A stretch of DNA of 63,935 bases, filler included, from Hausera hauseri (lineage: Eukaryota), in the NCBI GenBank assembly GCA_046269625.1. It is 12 parts of 12 records of this genome, joined end to end, with 100 filler letters (N's around TTAATTAATTAA, not from the genome) between each part and the next. Parts side by side here need not be neighbours in the genome. Positions count along the whole stretch, not along the records: positions 22,915 to 27,630 come from JBJURY010463467.1; positions 27,731 to 32,992 come from JBJURY010295835.1; positions 33,093 to 38,726 come from JBJURY010216744.1; 9 more parts are not named here. One strand, written 5' to 3'. The notes under the pieces are model-generated. The model did no database searches. It was given only the letters and a program-made list of their open reading frames with translations, and was not told the DNA's origin. The stretch's first letter is position 1. Each line of letters opens with the position of its first letter. Of the stretch, positions 23,152 through 36,000 are shown piece by piece. The translations under genes were made by a program, and so were the position numbers.

Positions 23152-23814
23152 TTTCAATAAAATTTTACGTGTTGTTATTTTTGTTGTTCTGACTTTAATA
23201 ATTTTTCGTGTTGTTATTTTTGTTGTTCTGATTTTAATAATTTTATTAGGTTCTTTTGTAAATATTGTGCTTTATACATTTTTATTTTTTTGGCGCTAAA
23301 CTGGATTACGTTTTAATATTAATGTTCATGATTTTAGGAACTTTCTAAAAAAATAAAAAAACACCAGTGTAAAAATGTTCCTTGCATTATTTACTTATTT
23401 GAATTATTTATTATTCCGATTACCATCGGCCAAAGACATTTTTAAAAACACTAATAAAATTATTGTTGTTTGAAATACATTGTTTATAATACCTCATGTG
23501 ACATTTGCGGGATAAAAAAATTTACGAATTCACCCAGCAGCGGAATACAATATAATCACGAATTCACGCAATCGGGGAATAAATATTAAGAAGAGATTCA
23601 TCAATTCATACAATTCACTTTTGTTTAAACGCATCAATTCAAAGGGTGGGGTATGCTTTTAGACCAGAACTCTCATTTTTCCATTACTAATAAAACAAAA
23701 GGCGAAACAGTGAACATTATGAATTATTTATAAAACACAGATCACAACAAAATGTCATAGTTAATTTTTCTGTATGTACCGATTTCATCTGTGCGTGCGT
23801 GTTTTATTTCAAAC

Positions 23815-26800
23815 GTCAATGTTCGTACGCCCAACTCTTATTCCGCCCATCTACTTACGCTTATCATCATTGCATGATAAAGCTACTTTTGAATAGGTCA
23901 CCGTATACAGCTGATGCTCAATCAATCGGATGATCGTTTGTGACACAACAGCCTTTGAGTGTCCTCCATCTCCTCCTTCATAGACACGGCGATAATGACC
24001 GTGGTCGATTTCTGTCTAAGCCAACTAAACTCTTTTGGCGCATTTTCGGTCCACAGTCATTTGAAAGGCTATAACATTTTGGCCGTAGAAAGATTCATTC
24101 CTGATACTGACCCCGACCTTCGCTTTCATTCTTAAAGCAGCCGATTTGTTTATGATGGCATTGCTGTAAAATGGATGATTATGTGGGTAATTCGACGTGT
24201 CCAGTAATCCATCTACCATCATGTGCTGCAGAAGTTGTTCTCGATTGACGTTTTCCAGTTCCAAGAAAAAACGATTTGTATCACCGGCATTTATATTAAT
24301 CCTGCCGCCGCTGCTGTCGAACATTTGCCGGTAACGTACCAAACGCGATACTGCAGCTCATACATTCGCAACTTGCTGAGATCCAGTAACACATATCTTA
24401 TATAACTTGGTCGGTCCATAATGAATTTTTTTCTGTTTAATAGCACCGCAACCAATCCATGGGAAATGTGCAATGACCGCCGAAAATGCGCCTTACTCTT
24501 ATATGTGGCCAACCGCTTTTCTCAATTGCATAGGCGTACATTGAGCCGCTTTTTCAGATTCTCCAGTTTTTCCGTAAGGGAATTGTTTTTCAGCTTGTAG
24601 TAGTCCTTTTTGAATTTTGTACAAACTGCGACTCATTTTTTCGAATTTCGATCTATGTACGCATTGAATGTGGGAGACTGAGCAAATCGGAATGCGCGAT
24701 GTAGCCGGTAACGCGTACAGCCAACTGTATGTAAAATTGCAACAAACGCCAATGAACTATATAATTTTTCCTGGGTTCATGCGCCATAAGCAGCTTCTTC
24801 ACCTTCGAGCCCGGGGACATTGGCTGATTGGTGCGACCGGCAGTTCATCCAAAATATCATGCAGCTCATCTGGTACCACGAGATCGACTTCCATCTGGTA
24901 TCCGATTGAGCTGTTTTCTGCTGTTGTCGTGTCTGCCCTCGACAGATTTTCCGGTATTGTGTCCAGGTCCTGTTTGTCGACTACCCATTCGAATGAACCA
25001 TACGCCAAGGGTTGCGAAAGCGTCCAGCCGTAGAGGTTATTAATGTTGATGTACAACAGTGATGTGTATCAACATTGGTTACGTGATGTTTGTTGACAAA
25101 TGTCATGCCGCCACGAATATTAACATCAAACATTTGGTATATTTTCGGATCTTCCAATAACTCTATATCCCGATCCAATGACATCAGGGCTGACGCCCAA
25201 CACATTTTGGGTATTGAGTAAAAGTTGAGTGGCTCCAGCCTATCTTTTGCTAACGCTTTAGCTCGAAATGTCTGAAGTACATCGGCTAACAGGTGCACGT
25301 CCAATTTCTGATACTGGAACCTGTAGTTCAACAGGTTTCTGCAGCCGAGTTTTACCCATAACGACTGTGCTCTGTGATATTCGTCTTCTGTGATACCGGG
25401 CCATTGCGGTGATAATTCATGTGTCATCTGAAGCCGCTCATACGATATCGCAAAGTCATACGGGAATATGCCTTTGCTACACGCAATATATGTGGAGAAC
25501 TGAGTCAATGTTAGAGGCACATCTGGCAAGGCATTTACCAGCTTTGCCAGAAATTCATTGACAAATTGCAATGAATCGAGAAAGCGTACCTGGAACTGGT
25601 TAATACGAGAAAACAGTGACAGGTATTTGTCCATTGTAATCGGAATTATGGATAGTTCCCAATATGGAAACCAGTTCATGGCCCATTTTAAAATATGGTG
25701 ACAATCATAACCCCGGAAGTTATCGAAAATCACCGGAAGGAATGGCCGCACGCGCCTTGCCAAATTGCACAAATTGCATACTGCTCCGACACATCGACCA
25801 CTAAAATAGTCGTGATCTGGTATGAGCCGTACTAGTGCATCAAACGGTAATATTTTGTGGCACATGTAACATTCATCTGTGACTGCAAACGTCAGGCGTT
25901 CATATTCACCTGCCCAGATCAGAGGTTTGGTGCTATTATTGCAATACCAAGGTGCGATTTTAGTTTCCGTTATGGTTTTCAACTGCTTTAAGAAATCGCG
26001 TACACAATTCCATCCTTGGAAAACATAATATTGAGGTTGACCTGCGGCTTTCATTGGGGCAACCAACATACCGACGGCGATTGGAACATGTTTTTGATCA
26101 TATATGTTGTGCCATGTGTGATGTCCACATTCACCAAATCGGTAATTCGTATGCAAAACATTTTATTTTAAACAGTTTGTTTTAATATTAAATATATTAG
26201 GTTGCATTTTGAAAATTATTGAACTTTTAAAATTCCGATTATTACTTTATTCATTAAGAAATCAAAATGAATGATATTAACAATGGTTTCAGAAGCCCAC
26301 ATCTCTACACAGTCGCTGTACAACGGACAGAAATCCAACATTTTTTAATGGTCATAGACCCATTGGGATCAACCATTTTGCATCAGCCGGTGGAACCAGG
26401 AGAGACCAATTCTCTAATAGTTAAAACACATCAAATGGACCTTTGCGTACCATTTCTACGTCTCGGGGAAATTCAGAAATTGCTCTATTGTTCCATTGAC
26501 GATGCACCGGGCATGCCTAATGTTACGTTTGTCTATTCGATCAATACCGAAAAATCTAAATCATCACATGACTCAGAAAAAACAAGCAACGCAAATTATT
26601 TGCATTATCGCGAATTCCACAAACGTTCCCGGGCATCAGATTGTGATGATAGCAATTCGTCGTTCAATCTACCACATAATAAATTGAAAAAAAATCTACG
26701 ATTTTTCGAACAACTTCTCAGTCCATTTGCTCACGAAAACAAATGGCGATGGATCTATGAAGCCTAAATGTAACGTATGTTTTTCATCAAATTGTGACAT

Positions 26801-27630
26801 AAAACCAATTCGAAAAGTTCACTAGATCCGGACAATACGTTGGATTGTCATAGTAACAACAAGATATCTCTTGAACAGCTGATTAACATTCCGCCTGCCA
26901 GAGCAATTGAGTCGAATTTGGACGCAAAAATACCATCCGTTGTGGTAATATATCCTACCAGTAACAATTCCTGCTCGTCTGCCTCATTTGTTAAACGGAA
27001 TCTAAATTCGACCAGTGTTTTATACATTCAAAATGAACCTGAGTTTGTCCATTCGCCATTCACATCTTGGTTTCAATTGCAACAGAACAAATCGATATAT
27101 AACAGAAATATGGTCAATCATCAGGTTTCAGAAGTCTGATTACCAGAAGACCTTCGGTGCGTCCCTCCTGGCAATACCAGTCATGTCACGGGGGGGAAAT
27201 GTAATGCCCACATTCACTTAATCTGTAATTCGTATGTAAAACATTTTATTTTAAACAGTTTGTTTTAATATTAAATACATTAGTTTGTATTTTGAAAATT
27301 ATTGAACTTTTTTAATTCCGATTATTTCTTCATTCATCAAGAAATCAAAATGACTGATATTAACACCGTGGTAAAATAGCTTTGATATCAGTATATACTA
27401 CACATGCCGGACTGTCTGTTTTTGACCAATCAGTGAATCCCAGTTCCTTTTTGACAGGCATGACATACATTGTTGTTCCCGAGGAATTTTGTCTGCATAG
27501 TGTCACATGTTTCTCCCATGTTGTTTCCGACCTGAATCCATGCAGACATACAGGACACCATTTACACCGTATACGCTTTTTGATGAACTGGTCATGCTCC
27601 ATTTTCAAGAGTCTCTCCAAATTTGTCACG
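23815..27630 (-). pseudogene. Second-subfamily Polinton pPolB, decayed and interrupted by a mini LTR element
   Basis: WCPVCLHGF..HVTLC, VVYTDIKAIL, DHDYFSGRCVGAVCNLCN, KGIFPYDF, YININNLYGW, GDTNRFF, ALSCNDDKR. Confidence 0.9.
26117..27365 (+). mobile_element. Non-autonomous miniature LTR retroelement (TRIM-like), 1249 bp
   Basis: 166-bp TG..CA direct repeats (26117-26282, 27200-27365), PBS-like TGGTTTCAGAAG at 26284, PPT GGGGGGGAAA at 27190-27199, TSD CCATG/CCGTG; excision restores the pPolB frame. Confidence 0.92.
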
Positions 27631-27730
27631 NNNNNNNNNNNNNNNNNNNNNNNNNNNNNNNNNNNNNNNNNNNNTTAATTAATTAANNNNNNNNNNNNNN
27701 NNNNNNNNNNNNNNNNNNNNNNNNNNNNNN
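27631..27730. other. Artificial contig spacer
   Basis: 44 N + TTAATTAATTAA + 44 N. Confidence 0.98.
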
Positions 27731-29047
27731 TTTAGAGTTCAAGACAGAGGTATGCTAGACCGTTGTACATGATATAAACGTCGGATGAACAGATAAAAGC
27801 GCAGATGGTGTTGTAAATGTCCGTAGTGTTTATGTATAATGTTTTGATTGTGTACACGTGTTTATTACTTAGAAAAAGGAAAAGGGAAAATTGTGTCGGT
27901 GGGTAGCCAGGGGTGTGTTGTGGGTTTCCATGAACAATTCAACCTGACCCACTGGCAGAGGGCTGGCGACCGACATCCCAATCACGCCATAGCGGAGTCG
28001 AGACTCTGGGTTGATCGATTGTGTCGAAGGATCCCACCGAGCAGGAAGGAGCTATTGTAGCGGTTTTCTTTTTTACGTTTGATATCTTTGATTTTTGATA
28101 CGTGACCATCCGTTGTAAAAACTAGCTTACTGCTATCAGTTGATGTGGTAGTATCTTTGATGTGTCCTGAAATGGCATCGTTAAAGCAACAATACGCGTT
28201 TGTTAATTGATAATGTGGATCAAATAATCGTAGATTTGCGTTAGCTTTTTGTTGAAAGTTCTCATTGTTGAGCGTTTGAAAATGTTCCGATTTCGTAATT
28301 AGCATCGTCTGCATCTCATTTAGTAACTGTGCCATATTAGAGTCGGTAGGCAAGTTTCTTTCAATGAAATTAATAACATACCTTCATTTAGTGTTGTCCA
28401 AAAATATCTGAAAATAACTGTTGGTAGAAAAAGCAAATGTCTTTTTCTTGAAGAGATAAGTGAATTGTAGTACCGGGTATGTGTTGATTTCAGAAAGAAA
28501 AATGTCAGTGTTTTTATGAACATCGACGCGTGTTAGCCGGATGTTTACCGTTTTGTTCATATACTATTTCCTCATAAAATCAGTAGTCTTTGTAGCAAGA
28601 CTAGTTCGAAAACGTTTAATACTATGGAAAGCATATGACATAGATACAGAATTTTAGAGCCATTCAAAATTGTGGGTGATTTGAAGCAGAAAAGAAGTCA
28701 AATTTGTATAATTTACCGTAAGTTATTCCTTTTAACTCGGATAAAGTTGCAACATTTACAAATGTTGATGGGTTAAAAAGAGATCGATATTCAAAGTCGT
28801 CTCGAAGAAATGACTGTCATAGAAAACCAAATAAATTCTATAATTAACATGCATAGGTGCTGTGGGCAGAGGGCCATAAATATAAAAAATTTAAATTCGT
28901 TGCACATCTGATAAACTTTCTGTTGTACAGGGTGACTACCAAGTCTCTCTCTAATTTCCTATCTAAATACATTGGATTCAGGAAGGACTTGGTAATCACC
29001 TTGTAAAAATAGGTTGATGAACATTTAACATTCAGTTGCGTGTGCAA
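27731..29047 (-). pseudogene. Decayed ORF of unknown family
   Basis: Same-strand ORF fragments 28844-29047, 28320-28523, 27982-28353; no motif recognised. Confidence 0.3.
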
Positions 29048-29117
29048 AATTATGGAGGGAGTATTGTTTTAAATTGAAATTAGTTGACAAAAATCGGGAT
29101 AGTGCGTTAATACATAT

Positions 29118-31255
29118 TAGGGTGCGGCTTAAAATTAAAATTTTGACCTTTTCATGACGGTCTCCGACATTTGTTTCCTTTTCACGAGAAAAAATTTCAC
29201 CTTCATTGAAGGTAGCTATCGCCTATCAAAATTTTCGCGACTGGCATGTTACAATTGCATCGCATTTCGTCGTATATATTGCGCCATTCTCGAGGCTGCG
29301 GTTGATTGCATATCTGTTGCATCATTCATCAACAGTTCATATTGTTGCACCACTGTGTTACTTGATATGTACAGCAATTCATTTTGCCTTCAGGTGTGTA
29401 TTGTGTATTTAATCAACTTAACTATACATCATATAATCAGAACATCAGATAAAACATTACTAAGAATTAATTATTGATTTATTACGCGCTATATACTAGT
29501 AGTTTCTAAATATGACAAATTGCGTTGAAAACGAGTATGTACTAGAAAACGGACAGAAGTATAATTGATTGGATAAATGTCATCCTGTCTAGGCGCGGCT
29601 AAGGTACCATCTAAGAAGGAGTTATGGAACTTTTTTACTGCAAGAAGTATGGAAAACAAACCATCAGAGAAGCTAATATTTCATCCACGAATGACGTATT
29701 GGAAGTATGAGCAAAATTTCGGATTCCAACAAGACAAATCAGATGTTGTAAATAAAGTAGAAGGCATGTTCTGGGAATGGGAGAAGCTAAAGAAAAATAA
29801 GGAAAACACAGCCAAACGTTCTGAGGCTTTACAACAGAAAGAGAATGAATGAAAAGATGGGCTGGAAGATCTGTTCGACATTTCACACGTCGGAGAATTA
29901 GAAATGATCAAAATACAACAGGGCAATGATTTTCTGCTAACCCAGCAAGAGGAAGGAAGATGAAGAGAAATGGGAAATGTTGACCTGGCACTAGCAAAAA
30001 AGGAAGCAGCCTCACAGAAGAGAGTAGAAAGTTTTAAAAGAAGGCACATACAGGAAGAAGAGACTGTCAAACCTAGACAAGAAGTAGTCTATCTTGAGTC
30101 TTCTTCAGAGGTCGTAGAAGCATACGTAACTGTTGGCCTGCAAACAATAATCCAAGTGCTAATGGAAAAGCATCGATTTCACAATAGGGCATTTCTTTAA
30201 AACGAGGAAGGAAGAACATAATAGACAAAAGAGTGTCAGTTAGTCTCGATGTTGCAAAAATCAGCGATAGAAAGGCGCCCATTGTGCCAATTTCAACAAT
30301 TTAGCAGCTAGGTTATGATGTTTCAGAATACAGTGTGAATACCAGTATACGCAGAAAGTTTCGTTGCAGTACAGCTGAGGCTTTGAAAACGAACTTCAAA
30401 GCTTCAGTTCCTCTATCCTTCACTGGGATGGCAAAATGCTGGAAGACATCGTTGGAAAAGGAATTGTAAACTATCTTCGTATTCTGATATCTGGTGAAGA
30501 CGGATCAGTCCCAAAACTCTCATCTGATAAAGGCGAAGTAATAGTGTCTGCAGTGAATGACACAGCGGTAGATTGGAGTATTTGCGACAATGTGAAATGC
30601 ATGTGTTTTGATACAAAAGTGATCAATACTGGAATAAGAAATGGGGCTTGTGTTCTGCTAGAACAGAAATAGGATAAATATATGCTTTGGTTAGCATGTC
30701 GCCATCATGTTCCTAAGTTAGTTCTCGAAGCTGTTGTACAGCATTGAATTGGTTCTTCAACAGGTCCAGATATTTTAATATTCAAGAGATTTCGGAAACC
30801 CTCGGCAGCCATAGATAAGTTAGAGTTTCAAACAGCAAAATCTTATGCCAAAACTGCTAAAGCTGTTGCCAACACAGCTATTGATATAACTGTTTTTGCC
30901 CCACACCAAATGCAGAAGTTTTAGCCATGAGATGAATAACAGGAACTGTTGGAACTGGCGATTATTTTCTTTGGAGGAGTTCTTGTGAAAGGGTTATCAA
31001 TTAAATCTCCATTTGGGGTTCGTAAGGCTGGATGGATAGCCAAGGCAATATATTCCTTGAAGGTGTGGATGTTCAGGAGTCAGTTTACATTGACAAAGAG
31101 AGAAGAAATTGTAATTCGAAATATTTGTCTTTTTTAGTAAAATTGTACTTGAAGTTCTGGTTTGAAGCTGCGTCATCACTGTCTGATCCCCGAAATGATC
31201 TTCTATTCCTTCAAAAAATTGACAAATATGCAGAAGTGTATAAGTTTCTAAAGTT
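29118..31255 (+). mobile_element. Decayed hATm-like DNA transposon, 3' truncated
   Basis: TAGGGTG terminus at 29118; transposase motifs LHWDGK, CFDTKVINTG..GACVLLE, WLACRHH, GWIAKAIYSLK. Confidence 0.75.
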
Positions 31256-31285
31256 GCCCTCAACAAATTCTTGCAGCACTACTTC

Positions 31286-32992
31286 TTTCCAATGCGCAGA
31301 CTTCTTCCTTGACGTTCAAAACTCAACACGCATCTTGCTAGACTTTTAAGCCCTCTGGCTCATTGCACACAACCTTACTGATCCATTTCTTAAAGCCAAC
31401 TTGATTGTCTACTTGTCTTCCTCCCTAAAATCGCGCATTGCAAACCTATCTGAAATCTTCGGAGAAGCTGATCCTTACAATTATCTCTACTCTGCAATAC
31501 TCAAACTCACTGTACCCTCTCTAGACTTAATAATTTAAAAATTCTTCAACGACAGCACCTTGGTGTCAGTTTCATAACTATTCGGCATTTGATATCCACC
31601 AGCCATCGAGTGTAGATCCATTAACGACCGAAATTGTTGACCAATTTGAATCAGTCTTTCTGTTAGGTCTGGTTTCAATAAAAAATCTTTCAGATGGTCT
31701 GCAAAATACTCATCCATAAATTGCAATCCTTTGCTACCGTCGAAAAATTTAGTTCTGTTTGACACGCAACGTTCGATATTTGACACTAAGGTCTTATCAA
31801 AATTCTGAAAATCTTTCAGAGATTTATAACCACATAAACGAAAACTAATTTTCTGCAACCTAATTGATTCTACAAATGCTCATAAAAATTCAACATATGT
31901 TGTGATCGCCATATGGAAAAATGTAGACTGTGAAAGCCGTTTAATCCAAAAGTTTTACCAAATCCGAAATTGAAGAATGATGAAATATTCAGAATGAAAT
32001 AGTTCAGCAATATTCAAAATGAAACATCATGTATTGATTATTAAAACAACTTTTAAAAATTAATTATTTACACAAATTTTCCAGTTTTTATGTGGGCTAA
32101 AATGAGCACCACACATGAGCAACACCAAGCCTTCCGACTTTCTTCGAACTTCTCTATCGCAACTAAGAACGCTAAGCGTAACACAATGCACCAATTCAGA
32201 TCTTTTAAAACGCTATTTCCTGCAATAGTTGCCCAATGAAACCCGAGCTCTCCTAACTGTCGTTAAGTACAATGCGACCCCGGATAAACTAGCACAGCTT
32301 GCCGACAACAATTTCAAAATACTGCACAAACAATCGCATGCAACAACAGCGGAAATAGTAGCAGTACCACAAATACAATCTAACCAACCATAATCAGGAA
32401 TTGAAATTCAGCAACAATCATTACATGAAGGAAACCAGCAATTAAAACAGGCCATATCCACAATACCAGACAAACTAAACGAATTAAGTCTCTCGCGACA
32501 ATCTCGTCCTGAGACGCCAGTTTCCTAATAACTCCACAAATTCACTAAGGAATAATTCAACTACACGGAGGCTAATTTACTATTTGCACAATTCAAACAA
32601 GTAACTCAAAAATGCTGCATATGTGGCAAACTTTTCGATAAAAACCTTGCAAAATCAGACAACTTATGTATATACCATAACAAATTCCGAGACAACGATC
32701 TACGCTGCGTAAATTTCACACCCAATTTACACTATCACAATCTTCCTCGTCTTCAAAAAACGCATAATGCCTCCAGGAAGTCTGGGTAATCCTGGTAAAG
32801 GCTTATCTTCACAAATTAATTGCCGAAATGTCTCCTTCGCAGTTTTCACCCTTTATATCCCACTTAAATCAAATATAAATTTTCTAATTCATACGGGTGC
32901 TTCTGTTTCACTACTGCTCAAATCGTTTGCTCCTCACAAATCCTCTTCAATCACCCAACAACTATACACTAACAATGGATAACCGTTAAGCA
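31286..32992 (+). mobile_element. CsRn1-like Gypsy gag-protease remnant
   Basis: DPYNYLYSAILKLTVPS, KPSDFLRTSLSQL, LCIYHNKF, NFLIHTGASVSLL; homologous to the gag regions at 39760-40950 and 54336-55700. Confidence 0.85.
31564..32113. mobile_element. 550-bp TG..CA insertion (solo-LTR-like) within gag
   Basis: Starts TGTCAG, ends GTGGGCTAAAATGAGCACCACA; degenerate TSD CTTGG/CATGA; removal restores gag FNDSTMSNTKPSDF. Confidence 0.7.
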
Positions 32993-33092
32993 NNNNNNNN
33001 NNNNNNNNNNNNNNNNNNNNNNNNNNNNNNNNNNNNTTAATTAATTAANNNNNNNNNNNNNNNNNNNNNNNNNNNNNNNNNNNNNNNNNNNN
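32993..33092. other. Artificial contig spacer
   Basis: 44 N + TTAATTAATTAA + 44 N. Confidence 0.98.
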
Positions 33093-33093
33093 G

Positions 33094-36000
33094 TTACCTA
33101 CATTTAATGGAGATTTGAGAAATTGGATTAGATTTTGGGGTCAGTTTGAGAAAGTTGATAAAGACCATAATTTAGATCTACATGATAAGTTTGCATATCT
33201 ATCTCAATGTATGGAAAAGGGAAGTGTTGCCGAAGAATTAATTAGAAGTTTTCCACCGGGGGGAAACAGTTATGATAAAGCTATAGAACAACTGAAATCA
33301 CGTTTTGGTAGAGAAGAGTTACTTATACAAGTGTATGTCAGGGATCTTTTAACATTAGTTCTACAAAGGCAGAGTATGCCGAGAAAATCTTTGAGGAATC
33401 TTTATGATTCATTAGAAACGAAACTCCGTGCACTTGAGATATTGGGAGTAACTAGGGATAAGTATGCATCGATGCTTTTCCCGCTTGTTGAGTCTGCTTT
33501 ACCTGAGGAAACACTTATAGCTTGGGAACGACATAGATCTGCAGGTCGTAGATCCCAAGATGAAGTAGATCAAATTGTAAATAAAACTACTACAAAAAAT
33601 GATCTCGATTTAATTCTTGATTTTCTTCAAGATGAAGTACAGGCAGAGGAACGTATAAATTTAGCGTCACAGAACTTTAGAGTTGAAACCAAACCCAATT
33701 TTAAGTTGTTCAAAGAAAAAAAGGCTGAAAATAATAAAAACAAATATGGAGCCACTCGTCAAATAGCTAGTGCAGCTGATCTTTTAACCTCTTCGAAAGA
33801 GCAGAGAAAGTGTATATTTTGCCATAATTCGCATAGTTCTACTGACTGTTTGAAGGTGCGGAAAATGGCAATGAAAGAGAGAGAAAACCTAGTAGAGAAA
33901 TCAGGATGCTGTTTTTTGTGTTTAAAACCAGGCCATCAAGTACGCAAATGTTATTCAAAGGTAACTTGTTTGAGTTGTGGAAAGAGACATCATATTTTAC
34001 TCTGTCATAACATAAAGCAGCTAACATTTATCCCTACCGAAAAAGGAACTACAGAATTAGATAATGTTCCAAAGGAGGATCAGACACTTGCGAATATATC
34101 AAAAAGCCCTAGTGTTATGTTACTAACATTAACAGTTTTGATAAGAGGCGATGGAAGAAAACGAAAAGCACGAGCCATAATAGACACTGCTTCACAGCGC
34201 TCTTACATTTTAAAAAATACAGCCAAAGAGATGAAATATAAAAGTGAAAGCTGTGAATATCTTCAACATTCTCTGTTCGGTGGAGAGAAAACACGAGTGT
34301 GTAAACATGACGTGTTCACTTTATATTTGACGAGTTGTGATGGATCTTATAACTGTAATTTCAAAGTACTGAGCCAACCTGTTATCTGTGAAAGCATTCC
34401 ATCAACAACACCTACAGTTTATTTAAAAGAGCTTACTGACTGTGGTATACGTGTGAGCGATGATTATAAAGGTCCTATTGAAATTTTAATAGGAGCCGAC
34501 GTAGCAGGAAAAATCATCACAGGTGGTTACAAGTCCTTACCGTCTGGTTTAACAGCAATGGAAACGCGTTTAGGGTGGACCGTGATGGGTCGTACACAAC
34601 AAATTTCTTCAGAGGAAAATGAAATATCAGTAGCTAATTCTATGCTTTCTACTGCTAGGACAATAACAGAATTGTGGACTCTTGACTCGCTTGGCATTAC
34701 TGATCCATCTGAGAAGAAATCTAAAGAAGAACTTCATGAATCCGCCAGAGAGCATTTTGTTAACACAGTTCAAGTAGACAATGACAATCGTTTTGTGGTG
34801 CATTTACCTTGGCTTGAAGATCACCCCCCACTGCCTGATAATTTTAATTTGGCTATGAAGAGGCTGGACAGTACTGTACTAAAGTTGAAAAAGGAAAATT
34901 TGTATGCCGATTATAATCAAGTATTTAACGAATGGGAAAAGGAAGGGATAATTGAAGAAGTTCCTCAACATGAGATTCAATTACCGTCCCATTATTTACC
35001 ACATAGACATGTTGTGAAAGAAAATAGCACGACGAGAATCAGACCTGTCTTTGATGCCTCCGCAAAGCAGAGAGCTTTTCCAAGTTTGAACGACTGCCTG
35101 GAAAAAGGGGTTAATCTTGTTGAGTTAATTCCTACTATATTAGTTCGATTTCGGTTGAACAAATTTGGAGTTACGGCGGATATCCGTCAGGCATTTTTAC
35201 AAATTCGCCTACACGAAAGGCATAAAGACTATTTGAGATTCCTTTGGTATAAAGAGAACAATGAGCTGAAATATTTTAGACACTGTCGTGTCGTGTTTGG
35301 GATTTGTAGTAGTCCTTTCTTACTTAACTCTGCGATCCAGTACCATTTAGAAGCGATTTTGGCGGAAGCACAAGGTGGGAGCTCAAAATATCCGGTGGAT
35401 ATAGTTCAGAATCTTAAGAACAGTTTTTATGTTGATAATTGCTTAACTAGTGTAAAAACTGAAACCGAATTGCATGATTTCATTCGAGCAGCCACAGATA
35501 TTATGTTAGAAAGGAAGTTTGACCTTAGAGGGTGGGAGCACAATTATTCATCAAGAGAAGAGCCTTCGTCTGTAGAAAATAAAATTGTTCCAGTATTAGG
35601 TCTACAATGGGTTTTAAATTCAGATACTCTTTCTGTAAACTTAAAAGAAATTTGCAAAGATGATGGACCTATTACTAAAAGAAAAATACTTTCAGAAGTC
35701 CACAAAATTTTTGATCCCATTGGATATACTTGCCCAGTTACTTTAGGCCCTAAACTAATGCTACAAGAATTATGGAAAATGAAGACAACATGGGACTCTG
35801 AGTTACCACCAGCAATTTCTAAAAAATTTGAAAATTGGAGAAAACAGATTAATCTACTTAAGGAAATTGCAATCCCTAGATGTTTATTAGGAGACCCTGA
35901 CAATGCCTACAATTTAAGTCTACATGTTTTTTGCGACGCGAGTAAACTAGCTTATGCTACCTGCATATATTTAAGAAATGAAAGCAAAAACATAACTTCA

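Noticed and set aside
26117-26156. Start of the 391-aa ORF (MHTNYRFGECGHHT)
   Set aside because: Antisense LTR sequence of the inserted mini element, not pPolB
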